A stretch of DNA of 64,000 nucleotides from Octopus sinensis (Eukaryota). The stretch lies in assembly GCF_006345805.1 (NCBI RefSeq), contig NC_042999.1:15066001-15130000 (forward strand), written 5' to 3'. The notes under the pieces are model-generated. The model saw only the letters and a list, made by a program, of their open reading frames with translations, was not told the origin of the DNA and made no database searches. This document shows, in pieces, positions 1-11,157 of the stretch; within the stretch, counting starts at the first letter, position 1, and each line of letters opens with the position of its first letter. A program made the position numbers and the translations under genes.

Positions 1-514
1 TGAAAGAAACTCAGAATATCTCAACAGAAATATGGTAACAAAAGGGTTAATGTAGCTATGAGGGACACACAAAATGTGACAAGGATGGCTCTTTGAAATA
101 TGGGTACAACTTGTTAATGTCAGCTGAGTGGTCTGGAGAAATGTAAAATAAAGTGTCTTGCCCAAGGTCACAATATGCAACTGGGTTTCAAACTCACAAC
201 CCTATGATTGTGAGCTAAATACCCTAACCACTTAGCCAGGCACATTATTGATACCCCATGGTGTTTATTACCACCCTGTTTATGTTTCTTTACTTCAAGG
301 TTGACATTATCTTGCATCCCTGAAAATGACAATAAAATAAGCTATGTGAAGGACTTAATGATTGAAGCCAGTAAAAAGAATATAAGTACATTTATCTGTC
401 TTTGTTTAAACAGAGCTTAAGCTAGAACAACACTACATACAATCAACATATTTATTAAGACATTGGCAAATTTGTAAAGCTCTTGAGATTATCATATTGG
501 TGTGTATGTATATT

Positions 515-1075
515 TAGGGTGGAGCGAAAAATGTACATTTTACACAGATTTTCAAAATATATTTTCAAGAATATATTTTTTATTGCGAAATCTTTTAAAA
601 ACAACTGTGTTAAAATCTGAAGTTGTTAAATTTACATCTTCAGGCTCCGCAACCCACTTGAAATTTTGAATAATGAGCCAAAAAATCGACTTATAAAACG
701 TTTGCCATTCCTCATTTTATTTTTCACATTCATAGTAACGAATTAATTTTCTTTTGCTAAATGCTTTGAAAACAAGCATGTTAAAATCTCAGGCTCCAAA
801 ATTTTAATTTTTAGGCTCCGCAACACACTTGAAATTTTGTAATTATGTGAAATAAATAGACTTGTTAGCTTTGTTTACTTTATTATATATGTGTTACATA
901 TGAGATGGCTTCCAAATATATGTGTTACATGAGGTCTAGATTACACATATATTAAAATAAATTTAGAAAGTTGTCGAGATTGTAGCAGAAAAGACAATTC
1001 TTCTTTGGAAAAAGGCATCCATCCCTTGTGTTATGACTGAGTCAGTTAAACTGAAAATCTTAAACTTTCCTTAGC
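515..1075 (+). mobile_element. hATm-like DNA transposon left end and transposase N-terminal relic
   Basis: Terminus TAGGGTGGAGCGAAAAATG at 515; subterminal repeats AGGCTCCGCAAC(C/A)CACTTGAAATTTT at ~641 and ~813; VVEIVAEKTILLWKKASIP at ~970-1030. Confidence 0.6.
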
Positions 1076-1194
1076 TGACATAGAAGGGCGACTGTGATCT
1101 GGCTGATTCTCTCTAATCCACCTCTAACATTCTGTTTAGATACTGCTTGATCTATTCTGCCAATGATCATTTTGCAATTTGTCCGTTCATCATC

Positions 1195-1620
1195 AACATC
1201 ATCATCATTGTTTAACGTCCGCTTTCCATGCTAGCATGGGTTGGACGATTTGACTGAGTTCTGGCGAACCAGATGGCTGCACCAGACTCCAATCTAATCT
1301 GGCAGAGTTTCTACAGCTGGATGCCCTTCCTAACGCCAACCACTCAGAGAGTGTAGTGGGTACTTTTACGTGCCACCGGCACGAGGGCCAGTCAGGCTGA
1401 ACTGGCAACGGCCACGCTCAAATAGTGTTTTTTTATGTGCCACCTGCACAGGAGCCAATCCAGCGGCACTGGCAACGATCTTGCTTGAATGTTTTTCCAC
1501 GTGCCACCAGCATAAGTGCCAGTAAGGTGGCACAGGTAACAATCATGCTCGAATGGTGCTTCTTTTTACATGCCATTGGCACGGAGGCCAGCTTGTTGCT
1601 CTGGCGATGATCTCGCTCGT
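1195..1620 (-). mobile_element. SINE-like family B with (GAT)n tail and internal ~60-70-bp subrepeats
   Basis: Core GGTTGGCGTTAGGAAGGGCATCCAGC..AAGCGGACGTTAAAC(GAT)n. Copies at ~7765-8045, 16730-16930, 19835-20165, 27493-27650, 28765-29190, 36290-36480, 40870-41120, 42805-43190, 53515-53662, 54074-54450, 57755-58260, 63740-64000. Confidence 0.85.
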
Positions 1621-1698
1621 ATGGTTGATCCTGATCTTGTAAGAAATTTTCTTCTCTCTCTGGTACATTTTTGTCTCCACTACAACTGCAGCTTTTAA

Positions 1699-1918
1699 CC
1701 CTTTAGTGTTCAGATTATTCTGTCAAATGTAATGTTTGTTTATTTAAAATGGCTTGAATTAATCATGCATTATCTTGTAGTTTAGAGATTTCGGTGATGT
1801 GATTTTTTAGTTTTAGAACGACATGGTAGGGCTGAGATGAAAGGTGAGATCTGGTCAGTTTCAATGTATAACAGGTTAAATATTTTGGCCAGATATGGCC
1901 GGTTTGAATGCTAAAGGG
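1699..1918. mobile_element. piggyBac-like MITE (TTAA-flanked, CCCTTTAG...CTAAAGGG)
   Basis: TTAA on both sides and CCC/GGG termini; a related partial copy lies at ~38640-38864. Confidence 0.7.
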
Positions 1919-2054
1919 TTAAAGGAGTTGCACTTGCGACAGGAAATGTCAAATAAATCTTTTGTTGCATTGTTTTTAAACGCATTACACTTTGTTTGAA
2001 ATGATGGCACATTTTTTTCTCTATTTTTCACAGATTTTAGTAATGCTTGGTAAT

Positions 2055-2315
2055 CTACATAAAAGTTAAAGATTTTTGGTTTAACTGATTCAATCGTAAC
2101 AAGGGAAAGATGCCTTTTGCCAAAGAAGAATTATGTTTTCTCCTACAATCTTAACAATTTGTTTAATTGAAGGACCTTTCTTAACTACATTCTTTTCTTT
2201 TTTCTCATTCAAATAAAACACATTTTAGCACATCCTTGTAAGTTGGCAAAACTCGCCCACTAAGATCACATGGAGCACCAAATATTGGGTATTCAATATC
2301 ATGCTTGTGAGTCAT
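2055..2315 (-). mobile_element. hATm-like transposase N-terminal relic (second, inverted copy)
   Basis: MTHKHDIEYPIFGAPCDLSGRVLPTYKDVLKCVLFE*...IVGENIILLWQKASFP; homologous at DNA level to 970-1060. Confidence 0.62.
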
Positions 2316-2738
2316 CACTAAATGTAAAGAATACTAAATTTAACACGGTCATTAATTTTAATATAATGGCCTAAAGTCAAGGTACAAAGCAGAAAACTTC
2401 ACACATGTATGACATACATCCACACACAATGACCATTGCAGCGGCACTAGAGAGAAGTTCACACTCCTATTCTCTTTATTGTCAATGCAGAACCTCAAGC
2501 TATTAGTCATTTGTATTGAAACTTGGTATGCAACCTTTTAAGGACACTATATTTACTGTTTTGCTTTCTGCTACGTAGAAATACATTGCAGAGCCTGAAA
2601 AAATATACTTAACCACAAAGTTCTTTATACACCTTTCTTTTAACCTTAATTTGCAACAAAATATTGATTCTTGATTACCAATTTTGAAAGTTGCATTTTT
2701 CGCTCCACCCTAATGTATATGTATGTGTGTATCTGTAC

Positions 2739-2792
<54 letters not shown>

Positions 2793-2994
2793 TATCACCG
2801 TGATCACCGGTGATATCACCGTGACCGACCAGGCTATCAGATGTTGCTACACGTCGCTGGTCACAATGCGCTTCGCATTGTTTTAGCCTTCAAATGACGC
2901 CACCCCGCTGGCCAAGCGAGCAGGCCAATATATATATATGTATATATATATCTGCACCACCAAGCCACCCATCACACCAACTAATAAATATAAG

Positions 2995-4325
2995 AGGTCC
3001 GTTACAGTTTAATGGACAGAGGTTCGTTAAACTTCCCAACACGCTAAAAGAGGGTACAATATGTTCTGTCCATAAAGGAGGGAACAGAGCAGATGCTAAA
3101 AACTACAGGCCCATCTCTCTGGCCTCACATATTAACAAAGCAATGGAATGCATTGTCAGAAAAAGACTGATCCTATTCCTAGAAGAAAACAACCTTCTCA
3201 CAAGTATGCAACATGGCTTCTGTCCAGGGAGGAGCTGCCTCACACAGCTGCTGCAGCACTTTGACTGGGTACTGACACAGCAGCTAAACTAGTCAGCTGT
3301 AGATGTGATATACCTCAACTTTGCCAAGGCCTTCGACAAAGTTGATCATGGCATGATACGTCACAAGCTGCAAAACCTTGGTATTACCGGGAAACTGGGA
3401 GAGTGGCTGAATGACTTTCTGAAGGGCAGGAGTCAGACAGTTGTAGCCAATGGTGCTCACTCTGAAGAGACACCAATTCTCAGCGGAGTCCCACAGGAAA
3501 CTGTACTGGGTCCACTAAAATTTGTGGTGGCCCTCTCAGACATGCCCTCTGCGGTACAGTCAGCCAATCCGACCAGTTATGCTGACAACACAAAAGTATT
3601 GCAGGCAGTTAGGAACCCAGAGGACATCATAAAACAACAGACAGACCTGAATGAAATATATAAATTTCTATAAGGCTGACTGGAAGTCACTTGAAAAATA
3701 GATACTTAGCAGGGCTGACCTAAAAACCTCTCTATGCAAGACATAGAATTGAAACTCAATAAATTAATGTCAATAATACGAGCCATATGCATTAAATATG
3801 TCCAAGAGAAGAGAGATCAATGCTATGAAATTTCAGCCCAACAATAGGTTAAAATCAGAATACACTGGATCAGAAGGTAATGCGATCCCAGAGTCAGTGC
3901 ATGACCTGGGGGTTCACATAAGCAATGATGCAACATTCCATGTTCATATTACCAAGATGGCAACACTGTGCAGGTGAGTGGCTGGCTGGATTCTGAGGAC
4001 ATTCAGAACCAGATAAAGAAAGGCCCTGCTACTCCTATGGAGGACTTTTGTTCTCAGCCACTTGGACTACTGTTCCCAACTATGGTTCCCAGAGTGTGTG
4101 AAACAAACTGTGGAACTTGAAGCAATCCGGTGCCTATACACAAAGAAGATTGACTCAATGCAAAAGATGGCCTACTGGGAGAGGCTAAAGGAGCTGAGTC
4201 TCTATTCCCTGGAGAGAAGATGAGAGAGACATGCAGTGATATATATTTGGAAGATCTTGGGGTGTTTAGCTTCCACTTTTAGAATTAACAGCCATGCCAA
4301 TCCTTGAACTGAATGGCACTGCATC
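2995..4325 (+). mobile_element. CR1-clade LINE ORF2 relic (RT)
   Basis: NYRPISLAS, QHGFCPGRSCLTQLL, YLNFAKAFDKVDH, SGVPQETVLGP, YADNTKV; C-terminal YWERLKELSLYSLERR; stops and frameshifts. Confidence 0.9.
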
Positions 4326-4330
4326 ATACC

Positions 4331-4747
4331 TTAGTTGGCATATATATTTTATGATTTCGTACTGTTATTGTTCACAATATAGCTTATTTCTCTTTTTACG
4401 AGATCAGTGACAGATTGTCACTGGAAAAAGCATATAGTATTTTGTGAGTGAAATGAGTTTTCATCACCAGCTGGTGATTATCACATACTGAAGACAGGTA
4501 ACTACTCAGAAACCCGGGTCTGTGTGTATCACGTCAGGCTAGAGTTGGGAGCGATGACCTACCCTTGCAAATACTAATCGGACACAGACAGTATGTCATT
4601 AGCCAACTGGAGGAGATGTCTTCCTGGGGCTATAAACTACAGTAACATCGTCCTCTATGGAGCTGCCACATTTAGTTGGCAAATATATTTTACAATTCCG
4701 TACTGTTACTGTTTACCTCTCGCTCAGAAATTTAATATAGCATATAT
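4331..4747 (+). mobile_element. Retrozyme-like non-coding element (~341-nt unit with terminal redundancy)
   Basis: Direct repeat TTAGTTGGCA(T/A)ATATATTTTA..GTACTGTTA at 4331 and 4672 (39/45 identical) brackets one HHR; no ORF. Confidence 0.7.
4474..4532 (+). ncRNA. Type I hammerhead ribozyme, helix II degenerate
   Basis: GUGAU-UAU-CACAUA-CUGAAGA-CAGG-UAACUA-CUCA-GAAA-CCCGG-GUC-UGUGUG-U-AUCAC. Core, palindromic helix III (ACCCGGGU) and bulged helix I are intact; helix II has two mismatches. Confidence 0.78.
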
Positions 4748-5230
4748 ATATATATAAACATATATATGTATATCAACATATATATAGTATATATCTTCTA
4801 TATAAGTAAGTATGTATAAATTCATGTTGTTGTTCTGGATAGAATTTTTTGTTGAAACTTTTTTCACAAATCCAAGTTAGTTCACATTGACAAGCATACA
4901 CCCTATTTACATCATAATTGCTACAGCAATTTGACAATTAACAATCTCATGCTCCACTTAAACCGTGGGTATTCATAACAAACACTGCTGAATATCACAA
5001 TGAAAAGAAACTTGAAACCACAAGAAAGAAAGTGAAGTAAGTTTGTATTATTTTAAATAGAAAAGAATAAATATATTCGAAAGGTGGTTTATGGATATTT
5101 GCAAACAATGCTGCAAGAATGGGAAATAACCAGAAATAGAATGCAAGAGGTTTTGGTTACAATCCTATGAAACATTTTTACAAAAACATTTCACAGGAGC
5201 ATAGAAATATGAATACATATTGATACTGTT

Positions 5231-5435
5231 TTACTCTTTTACTTGTTTCAGTCATTTGACTGCAGCCATGCTGGAGCACCACCTTTAGTTGAGCAAATCG
5301 ACCCCGGGACTTATTCTTTGTAAGCCCAGTACTTATTCTATCGGTCTCTTTTTGCCGAACCGCTAAGTTACGGTGACGTAAACACACCAGCATCGGTTGT
5401 CAAGCAATGCTAGGGGGACAAACACAGACACACAA

Positions 5436-5506
<71 letters not shown>

Positions 5507-5672
5507 TACGACAGGCTTCTTTCAGTTTCCGTCTACCAAATCCACTCACAAGGCATTGGTGGGCCCGAGGCTATAGTAGAAGACACTTGCCCAAGGTGCC
5601 GCGCAGTTGGACTGAACCCGGAACCATGTGGTTGGTAAACAAGCTACTTACCACACAGCCACTCCTGCGCCT
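5231..5672 (-). mobile_element. tRNA-derived SINE family A with internal (TA/CA)n and (AAGAGTA)n tail
   Basis: Head AGGCGCAGGAGTGGCTGTGTGG..GGGTTCAGTCC. Further full or near-full copies at ~7058-7473(-), 15544-15940(+), 21479-21868(-), 29530-29930(+), 35465-35762(-), 36720-37145(-), 38876-39287(-), 44698-45122(-), 49232-49645(-), 50437-50846(+), plus many heads. Confidence 0.88.
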
Positions 5673-6387
5673 ATGTATATCAGTTTCCAGTTAATTTTTT
5701 CCTTATTTTTGCTTATTTTGTTTTGTTGTCTTATAACTTTCACTTGGACGGATATTATTTTTGTTTGTTTTTGCTATGCAATCTATAATACATAAAAGTC
5801 AGTTTCAATCTTGCTTGCTTGCTTGCAATGTTACTCAGCGAAACTGGTGCATAATGGGAAAATACCATGAATTAAGTTTACCCTGAAATGTTAATAAGAA
5901 TCGAATGAAACAAGTTTCGCGTAACTCAATAGTTTTCAAGATATTAGAGATTTTCAGGGTATAAATACCCCAAATGGTCCAAAATGGCGAAATTGTCCCA
6001 AAAATATTCTTCATCCTGAAAGAGAAGAAACTCTTATCACTGTCCAGTTTTTGCTCCTGACTTTGACTCTCCATAAGTCCCAAATTTTATTTTGGTACTT
6101 ACAGGAGCAACTGTCTTTGAAGACTCATATTGTCATTCAATGCTTGAAATGAAGAGTAGATAGACAGCCAACAACTGATGAAGGGTCGTTCTTTATGTCA
6201 TTTCTCCTGTTTTCCATTTGTTTATCTCATTGTTTGCATATTGAACTCATTTGTTTTCATATTTCATGTTGTTTACTGTTGGTGACATCCTGTACCCATA
6301 TACGCATATGTATATATACATACATACATACATACATACATCATGATAGATCAGTAGACACTACACACATTTTTTCTCTCCTTGTTT

Positions 6388-6423
6388 CTTTCTGTGGAAG
6401 AGCATAGGCTTGAAACATAAAAG
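6388..6423 (+). ncRNA. Degenerate minimal hammerhead
   Basis: CUUU-CUGUGGA-A-GAGC-AUAG-GCUU-GAAA-C-AUA-AAAG. Core A6 and the helix III G are mutated. Same downstream architecture as 54624. Confidence 0.5.
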
Positions 6424-7268
6424 ACTTCTTCATTTCCCAAGTGTTAAACTAATACATCTGTTTGTTTTCTACACCACCTGTCTTTGTCTTTTGTTTTTTG
6501 TGTGAATTCTACCTATATATATATATATATATATAAGTTCAGCAACAATTTAGAATCAAATGAATATGGTACTTAATTTAGATGCACCAGAATTTTGTAT
6601 GGTGTTATCCATAAAAATTTGCAGGGTGATTATAATCAAAAATAAGCAACAAAAATTACTCCGGTAATTTGGTACAATTGTTTCGCACTACAACATTTTA
6701 TTAAAAGTTGTAAGTATTACAACAACTTTTAATAAAATGTTGTAGTGTGAAACAATTGTACCAAATTACCGGAGTCATTCTTGTTGCTTATTTTTTATTA
6801 TATATATATATACATGGAATGATACAGTTATGGAGACTCACATACAAGACTTCAAGTTTCTGTGTCAATGATAGAATTAGTACATTTCTTTAGCTGTCTT
6901 CAGTCTGGAGCCTGCAGCACCATCAATTACAAACATAGTAAAACCCTACATCACTAGTGGGAAGGAAAACAACTCTATATAGTCTGTCACTATATATATA
7001 TAAATATATATATAAATATATATATAAATATATATATATATTATATATATATATATATACTCTTTTACTCTTTTACTTGTTTCAGTCATTTGACTGTGGC
7101 CATGCTGGAGCACCACCTTTAGTCGAGCAAATCGACCCCAGGACTTATTCTTTGTAAGCCCAGTACTTATTCTATTGGTCTCTTTTGCCGAACCGCTAAG
7201 TGATGGGGACGTAAACACATCAGCATCGGTTGTCAAGCAATGCTAGGGGGACAAACACTGACACACAA

Positions 7269-7301
<33 letters not shown>

Positions 7302-8307
7302 CATATATACGACAGGCATCTTTCAGCTTCCGTCTACCAAATCCACTCACAAGGCATTGGTCGGCCCGGGGCTATAGCAGAAGACACTTGCCCAAGATGC
7401 CACGCAGTGGGACTGAACCCGGAACCATGTGGTTGGTTAGCAAGCTACTTACCACACAGCCACTCTTGCGCCTATATATATATATATTCAAATCAGGCTG
7501 GTCAGATTTGACTCATGTGGCCCAGCCACAAAATTTAGACCACTAATATTGAGAAATTAAGATGACGATCAATTTTCCATTTTGTTGCAGAATTCTGCAA
7601 TAAAACAAAAAAAAAAAAAAGGCACTTCAATTGGCTCCGGAACTATGCTGGTCCTGTATTCAAAATTACATCCTTTAAATCCTTTTTGTTCCCTTTTCAA
7701 ACAGTATGCAACAATTTCAAAGAGAGGAATGACCTGCAGCGGCCAATAACTGCATGAGCACTTCCTCATCATCATCATCATTGTTTAGCGTCCGTTTTCC
7801 ATGCTAGCATGGGTTGGACTGGTCAACTGGGGTCTGTGAAGCTGGAAGGCTTCGTCAGGCCCAGTCAGATCTGGCAGTGTTTCTACGGCTGGATGCCCTT
7901 CCTAACGCCAACCACTCCGCGAGTGTAGTGGGTGTTTTTTTACGTGCCACCTGCACAGGTGCCAGACAGAGCTGGCGAACGGCCACGAACGGATGGTGCT
8001 TTTACGTGTCACCGGCACGGGGCCAGGCGATGCTGGCAACGGACAAATTTGGACACCTTTATTTACCAGTTAAGTACTCATTGGTTAGAGGTTTTATTCA
8101 TATATGATAGCAAGAATGGAATGTATAAGGAGGAATGCTTTGGTAACTAATGTTTTCAAGTTTGAGAGGAGTGTCACAGTGGCTGTGTGGTAATAAGCTT
8201 GTTTCTCAACCACAAGGTTCTGGGTTCAGTCCTGCTGCATGTGTGGAACCTTAGGCAAGTGTCTTCTACTAATGCTGCAGACCAACCAAAGCTTTGTGAG
8301 TGTGATT

Positions 8308-9750
8308 CAAAGCCTTCAAGTATTAAGGGGTAGGTACCACAGTTAGGGTGAGCACACTTTTTAACTGATGGGGGTGGATGTGTGTGTGAAGTTTGGCATT
8401 TGTTAAGAGCTTTTTCCAATGATTTATGTTGCCTTTTGCATTTAAGGATTTTATGTATATTGATAATATTATTCATTTTCGGGTCCATGGACAGTAAGGG
8501 GAGGTTTTGTATGATTGTGGTGTGTGCTTCGATGTTTTTGGGGTTGTGGGTGGAAATGTATGGAAGTATTTTGAGGTTGGGTATGTTACTGTGTTGGGTG
8601 GTTTTCAGTGTGTTATTGTCGACTTCCTTGGCACGTTTTATTCCATGGTGTGAGTGTGGAGGGATATTGGCATTGTCATAGTGTTTTTTGAGGTCTTGAA
8701 GGCGTATATCCCGAGTGGTTGGGTCCGAGACAAGGATGCAAATCCTTTTAGCTAAGTTGAAGGGGATATTTATCCTGGTGTCTTTTGGGTGGCAGGAACT
8801 GAAGAGGAGGTATTGTTGTGAGTCTGTAGGTTTGTGGTAGATGTCAGTTGTGATTTGGTTGTCAGGTGTTTTTATAATTAGGAGATCAAGCAAAGGGAGA
8901 TGCTGTTTGTTGAATTTCATAGTGAATTGAATGTTGGGATGTATGTTGTTAATTGTGGTTTTGAATTCCAGAAGTTTTTCATAAGATTCTTTCCATATGA
9001 TGAAACAATCATCTAGGTATATTTTCCAGTTTTCCATTAAGTAAATGTGGAAAAGGTGTCCAAATTTCTGGCGTGATATCTCAAAAAGTGATAGTTCGAA
9101 GAAGCCCATTATGAGGTTTGCAAGGACTGGTGCCGCTTTGGTACCAATTGCAATACCACATTGTAGGAAGTAATTGTCAGAATGAACTTGACTGACTCCA
9201 TAATGAAGGTCTTACTAATGTGGTTAGGAAATGCTTCTGGGTGTTTCTCCAGCCAGAAATCAATTGCCTCAATACCATATTCATGTGGTAGCAGAAGAGT
9301 AGCAGTCCATAAAGAACAGATAAATCTCCCACAATACCATCAAATTCCACTCAGTCGCCACATAGACTCTTGCACTAGAAATAAAAATCCCAAATTTCGT
9401 ATATTCCCTTTCTATCAATGTAAAGACAGAATCTCTACACAAGAAAGAATCAACAAGGAGAATCTTTTAATTAAAAAATTCCAAACGCTTCTTAATAAGC
9501 AAACTCCACGGTGACCGTATTCCTTTTTCTAGCATCCTGTTTGACAAAAAATCCAGCATTCCAATTACAGAGCATAAAATCCACGGAATTGTCTCCCCTT
9601 ATTCACAGGAACTGGATAACTTCTACCCCATTTCCTGTTTTGACCCAAACATCCAACCTTCTCAAACAAAACACTACACTAAAACACATGTACCCTAATC
9701 TTTCAAAGAAGTTTTCCCATGGAATAATATTGAACTTAAAAGCATAAAGA
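8308..9750 (-). mobile_element. Penelope-like element: RT fragment (-, ~9290-8308) joined to an inverted GIY-YIG C-terminus/3' segment (+, ~9291-9750)
   Basis: Minus strand: GIAIGTKAAPVLANLIMGFFE, YLDDCFIIW, LPLLDL, TDIYHKPTDSQQYLLFSSCHP, then the CAHPNCGT linker. Plus strand: RVAVHKEQIN..QIPLSRHIDSC..FRIFPFYQC..RINKENLLIKKFQTLLN. Confidence 0.88.
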
Positions 9751-10007
9751 CACTATGATGTATTGGTATACTTATTTAAAAATGTTTGTATATATTTATT
9801 ATATTTTGAAAAAAACATTAGAGATTTTTCCCCTTCCTCATCTTGAAAATTTGCCTTGCCATGAAAGCTGGTTTGATTTCCTTTTTTAACTTTTCTTACA
9901 CCCATTTATATTAAAATTTGCTTTCAGTTTAGCATTCTGCCTTATTATTTTTTTCGTTCCTATCATTTCTCCATGTGCGGTTAACACATCCCACCATATA
10001 CTGACTT

Positions 10008-10077
<70 letters not shown>

Positions 10078-10160
10078 GTATATATGGAGAGAGAGAGATT
10101 TATACATACATACATACATATATATATATATATTATGTATATATGGAGAGAGAGAGATTT

Positions 10161-10205
<45 letters not shown>

Positions 10206-10864
10206 ATATATGTATGTATAGGTGTGTGCATGGCTGTGTGATGGTTAAAGAGCTTGATTTGCAACTATGTGGTGTCGGGTTTTTTCCAACCCCATGGCAC
10301 CTTAGGCAAGTGTCTTGTGTTATAGTTTCTGAGTCTCATGAATGAATTTGGTAGACAGAAACTGTGTGGAAGCCTGTAATGTACATATGTGTGTGTATGT
10401 ATGTGTGTGTATAAATACATATATCTCATATAACTTATAAAATTGTAATGGTAGGGTGAGCTATTTTGGGGTAAAATGAGAAGGGTGCAAGAGTGTTAGT
10501 GTGAAGGAAATGAGGTGAGATAGGGAGAGTGACTGATATTAGAAAAGGGGAGAATGGAGTTGTGTAAGAGACAAATATGGAGTGGTAATGGTAACATTAA
10601 TATAGCTGTCATTTAAGGATGCACACATGCGTGTTTTCAATCAGTTTACAAAGCCAAGTTGTAGCCAGCAGATGAAAGCTAATGGAAACATTGTTTGTTT
10701 GTGTGTGTATGCATGTATATATTTCACACGCTGTCACCTTTAAGAAAAGAATGATTTATATGAAAAGTTTACTCTATTCACGCGTACGCATACATTTATG
10801 ACATTAGACACACGGATGGAAATCACAAATGGAAATAACTTAATCCTATAACAACTATATTAAT

Positions 10865-11151
10865 CAGATATATTAAATTTCTAAATATCTCATAGAGATA
10901 TATGCGATGGTGGAGCGATAGAGTGGTTGTATACTGTCAACTTGACGTGACAGTCTCGTAAAGGAATTACATCACTGCTATGTAGCCCTAGGAAGCATCG
11001 ACGCTTCCTGTCGGCCTTGACACATTTCCTGTGTCCTTATATATTTACAAAGGGGAGACAAACACCCCCAACAGCTAGGCCTGCATCTAGAGACATGCAT
11101 GTTTCTGGGTCTTGCCCATCATCAGTCTAGAGTAGCAAGGCCTGCTAGCTG
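10865..11151 (-). mobile_element. Second, diverged member of the retrozyme-like family
   Basis: The ~230 nt downstream of the HHR align colinearly with 4533-4740 (GGACACAG, CTTCCT(A/G)GGGCTA, GTTG(A/G)CA, AGAAATTTAATATA blocks). Confidence 0.7.
11072..11151 (-). ncRNA. Full-length type I hammerhead ribozyme (intact core, GUC cleavage site)
   Basis: Minus strand reads CAGCUAGCAGGCCUUGC-UAC-UCUAGA-CUGAUGA-UGGG-CAAGA-CCCA-GAAA-CAUGCAU-GUC-UCUAGA-U-GCA-GGCCU-AGCUG. Both core boxes, a 4-bp helix II, a palindromic helix III and an extended helix I with a UAC bulge are present. Predicted cleavage between 11092 and 11091. Confidence 0.9.
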
Positions 11152-11157
11152 AAGATT

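Noticed and set aside
250-345. Possible minus-strand exon (TTTTCAG acceptor at ~320)
   Set aside because: Only a short peptide with no recognisable homology and an ambiguous donor.
2795-2930. GC-rich structured repeat as a possible HDV-like ribozyme
   Set aside because: Hairpins are visible (ACAATGCG/CGCATTGT) but I could not build the nested double pseudoknot by eye.
6170-6260. CTGATGAAGGG as a hammerhead core
   Set aside because: No matching helix II/GAAA half nearby; the same applies to CTGATGA at ~59668, ~60247 and ~63156.
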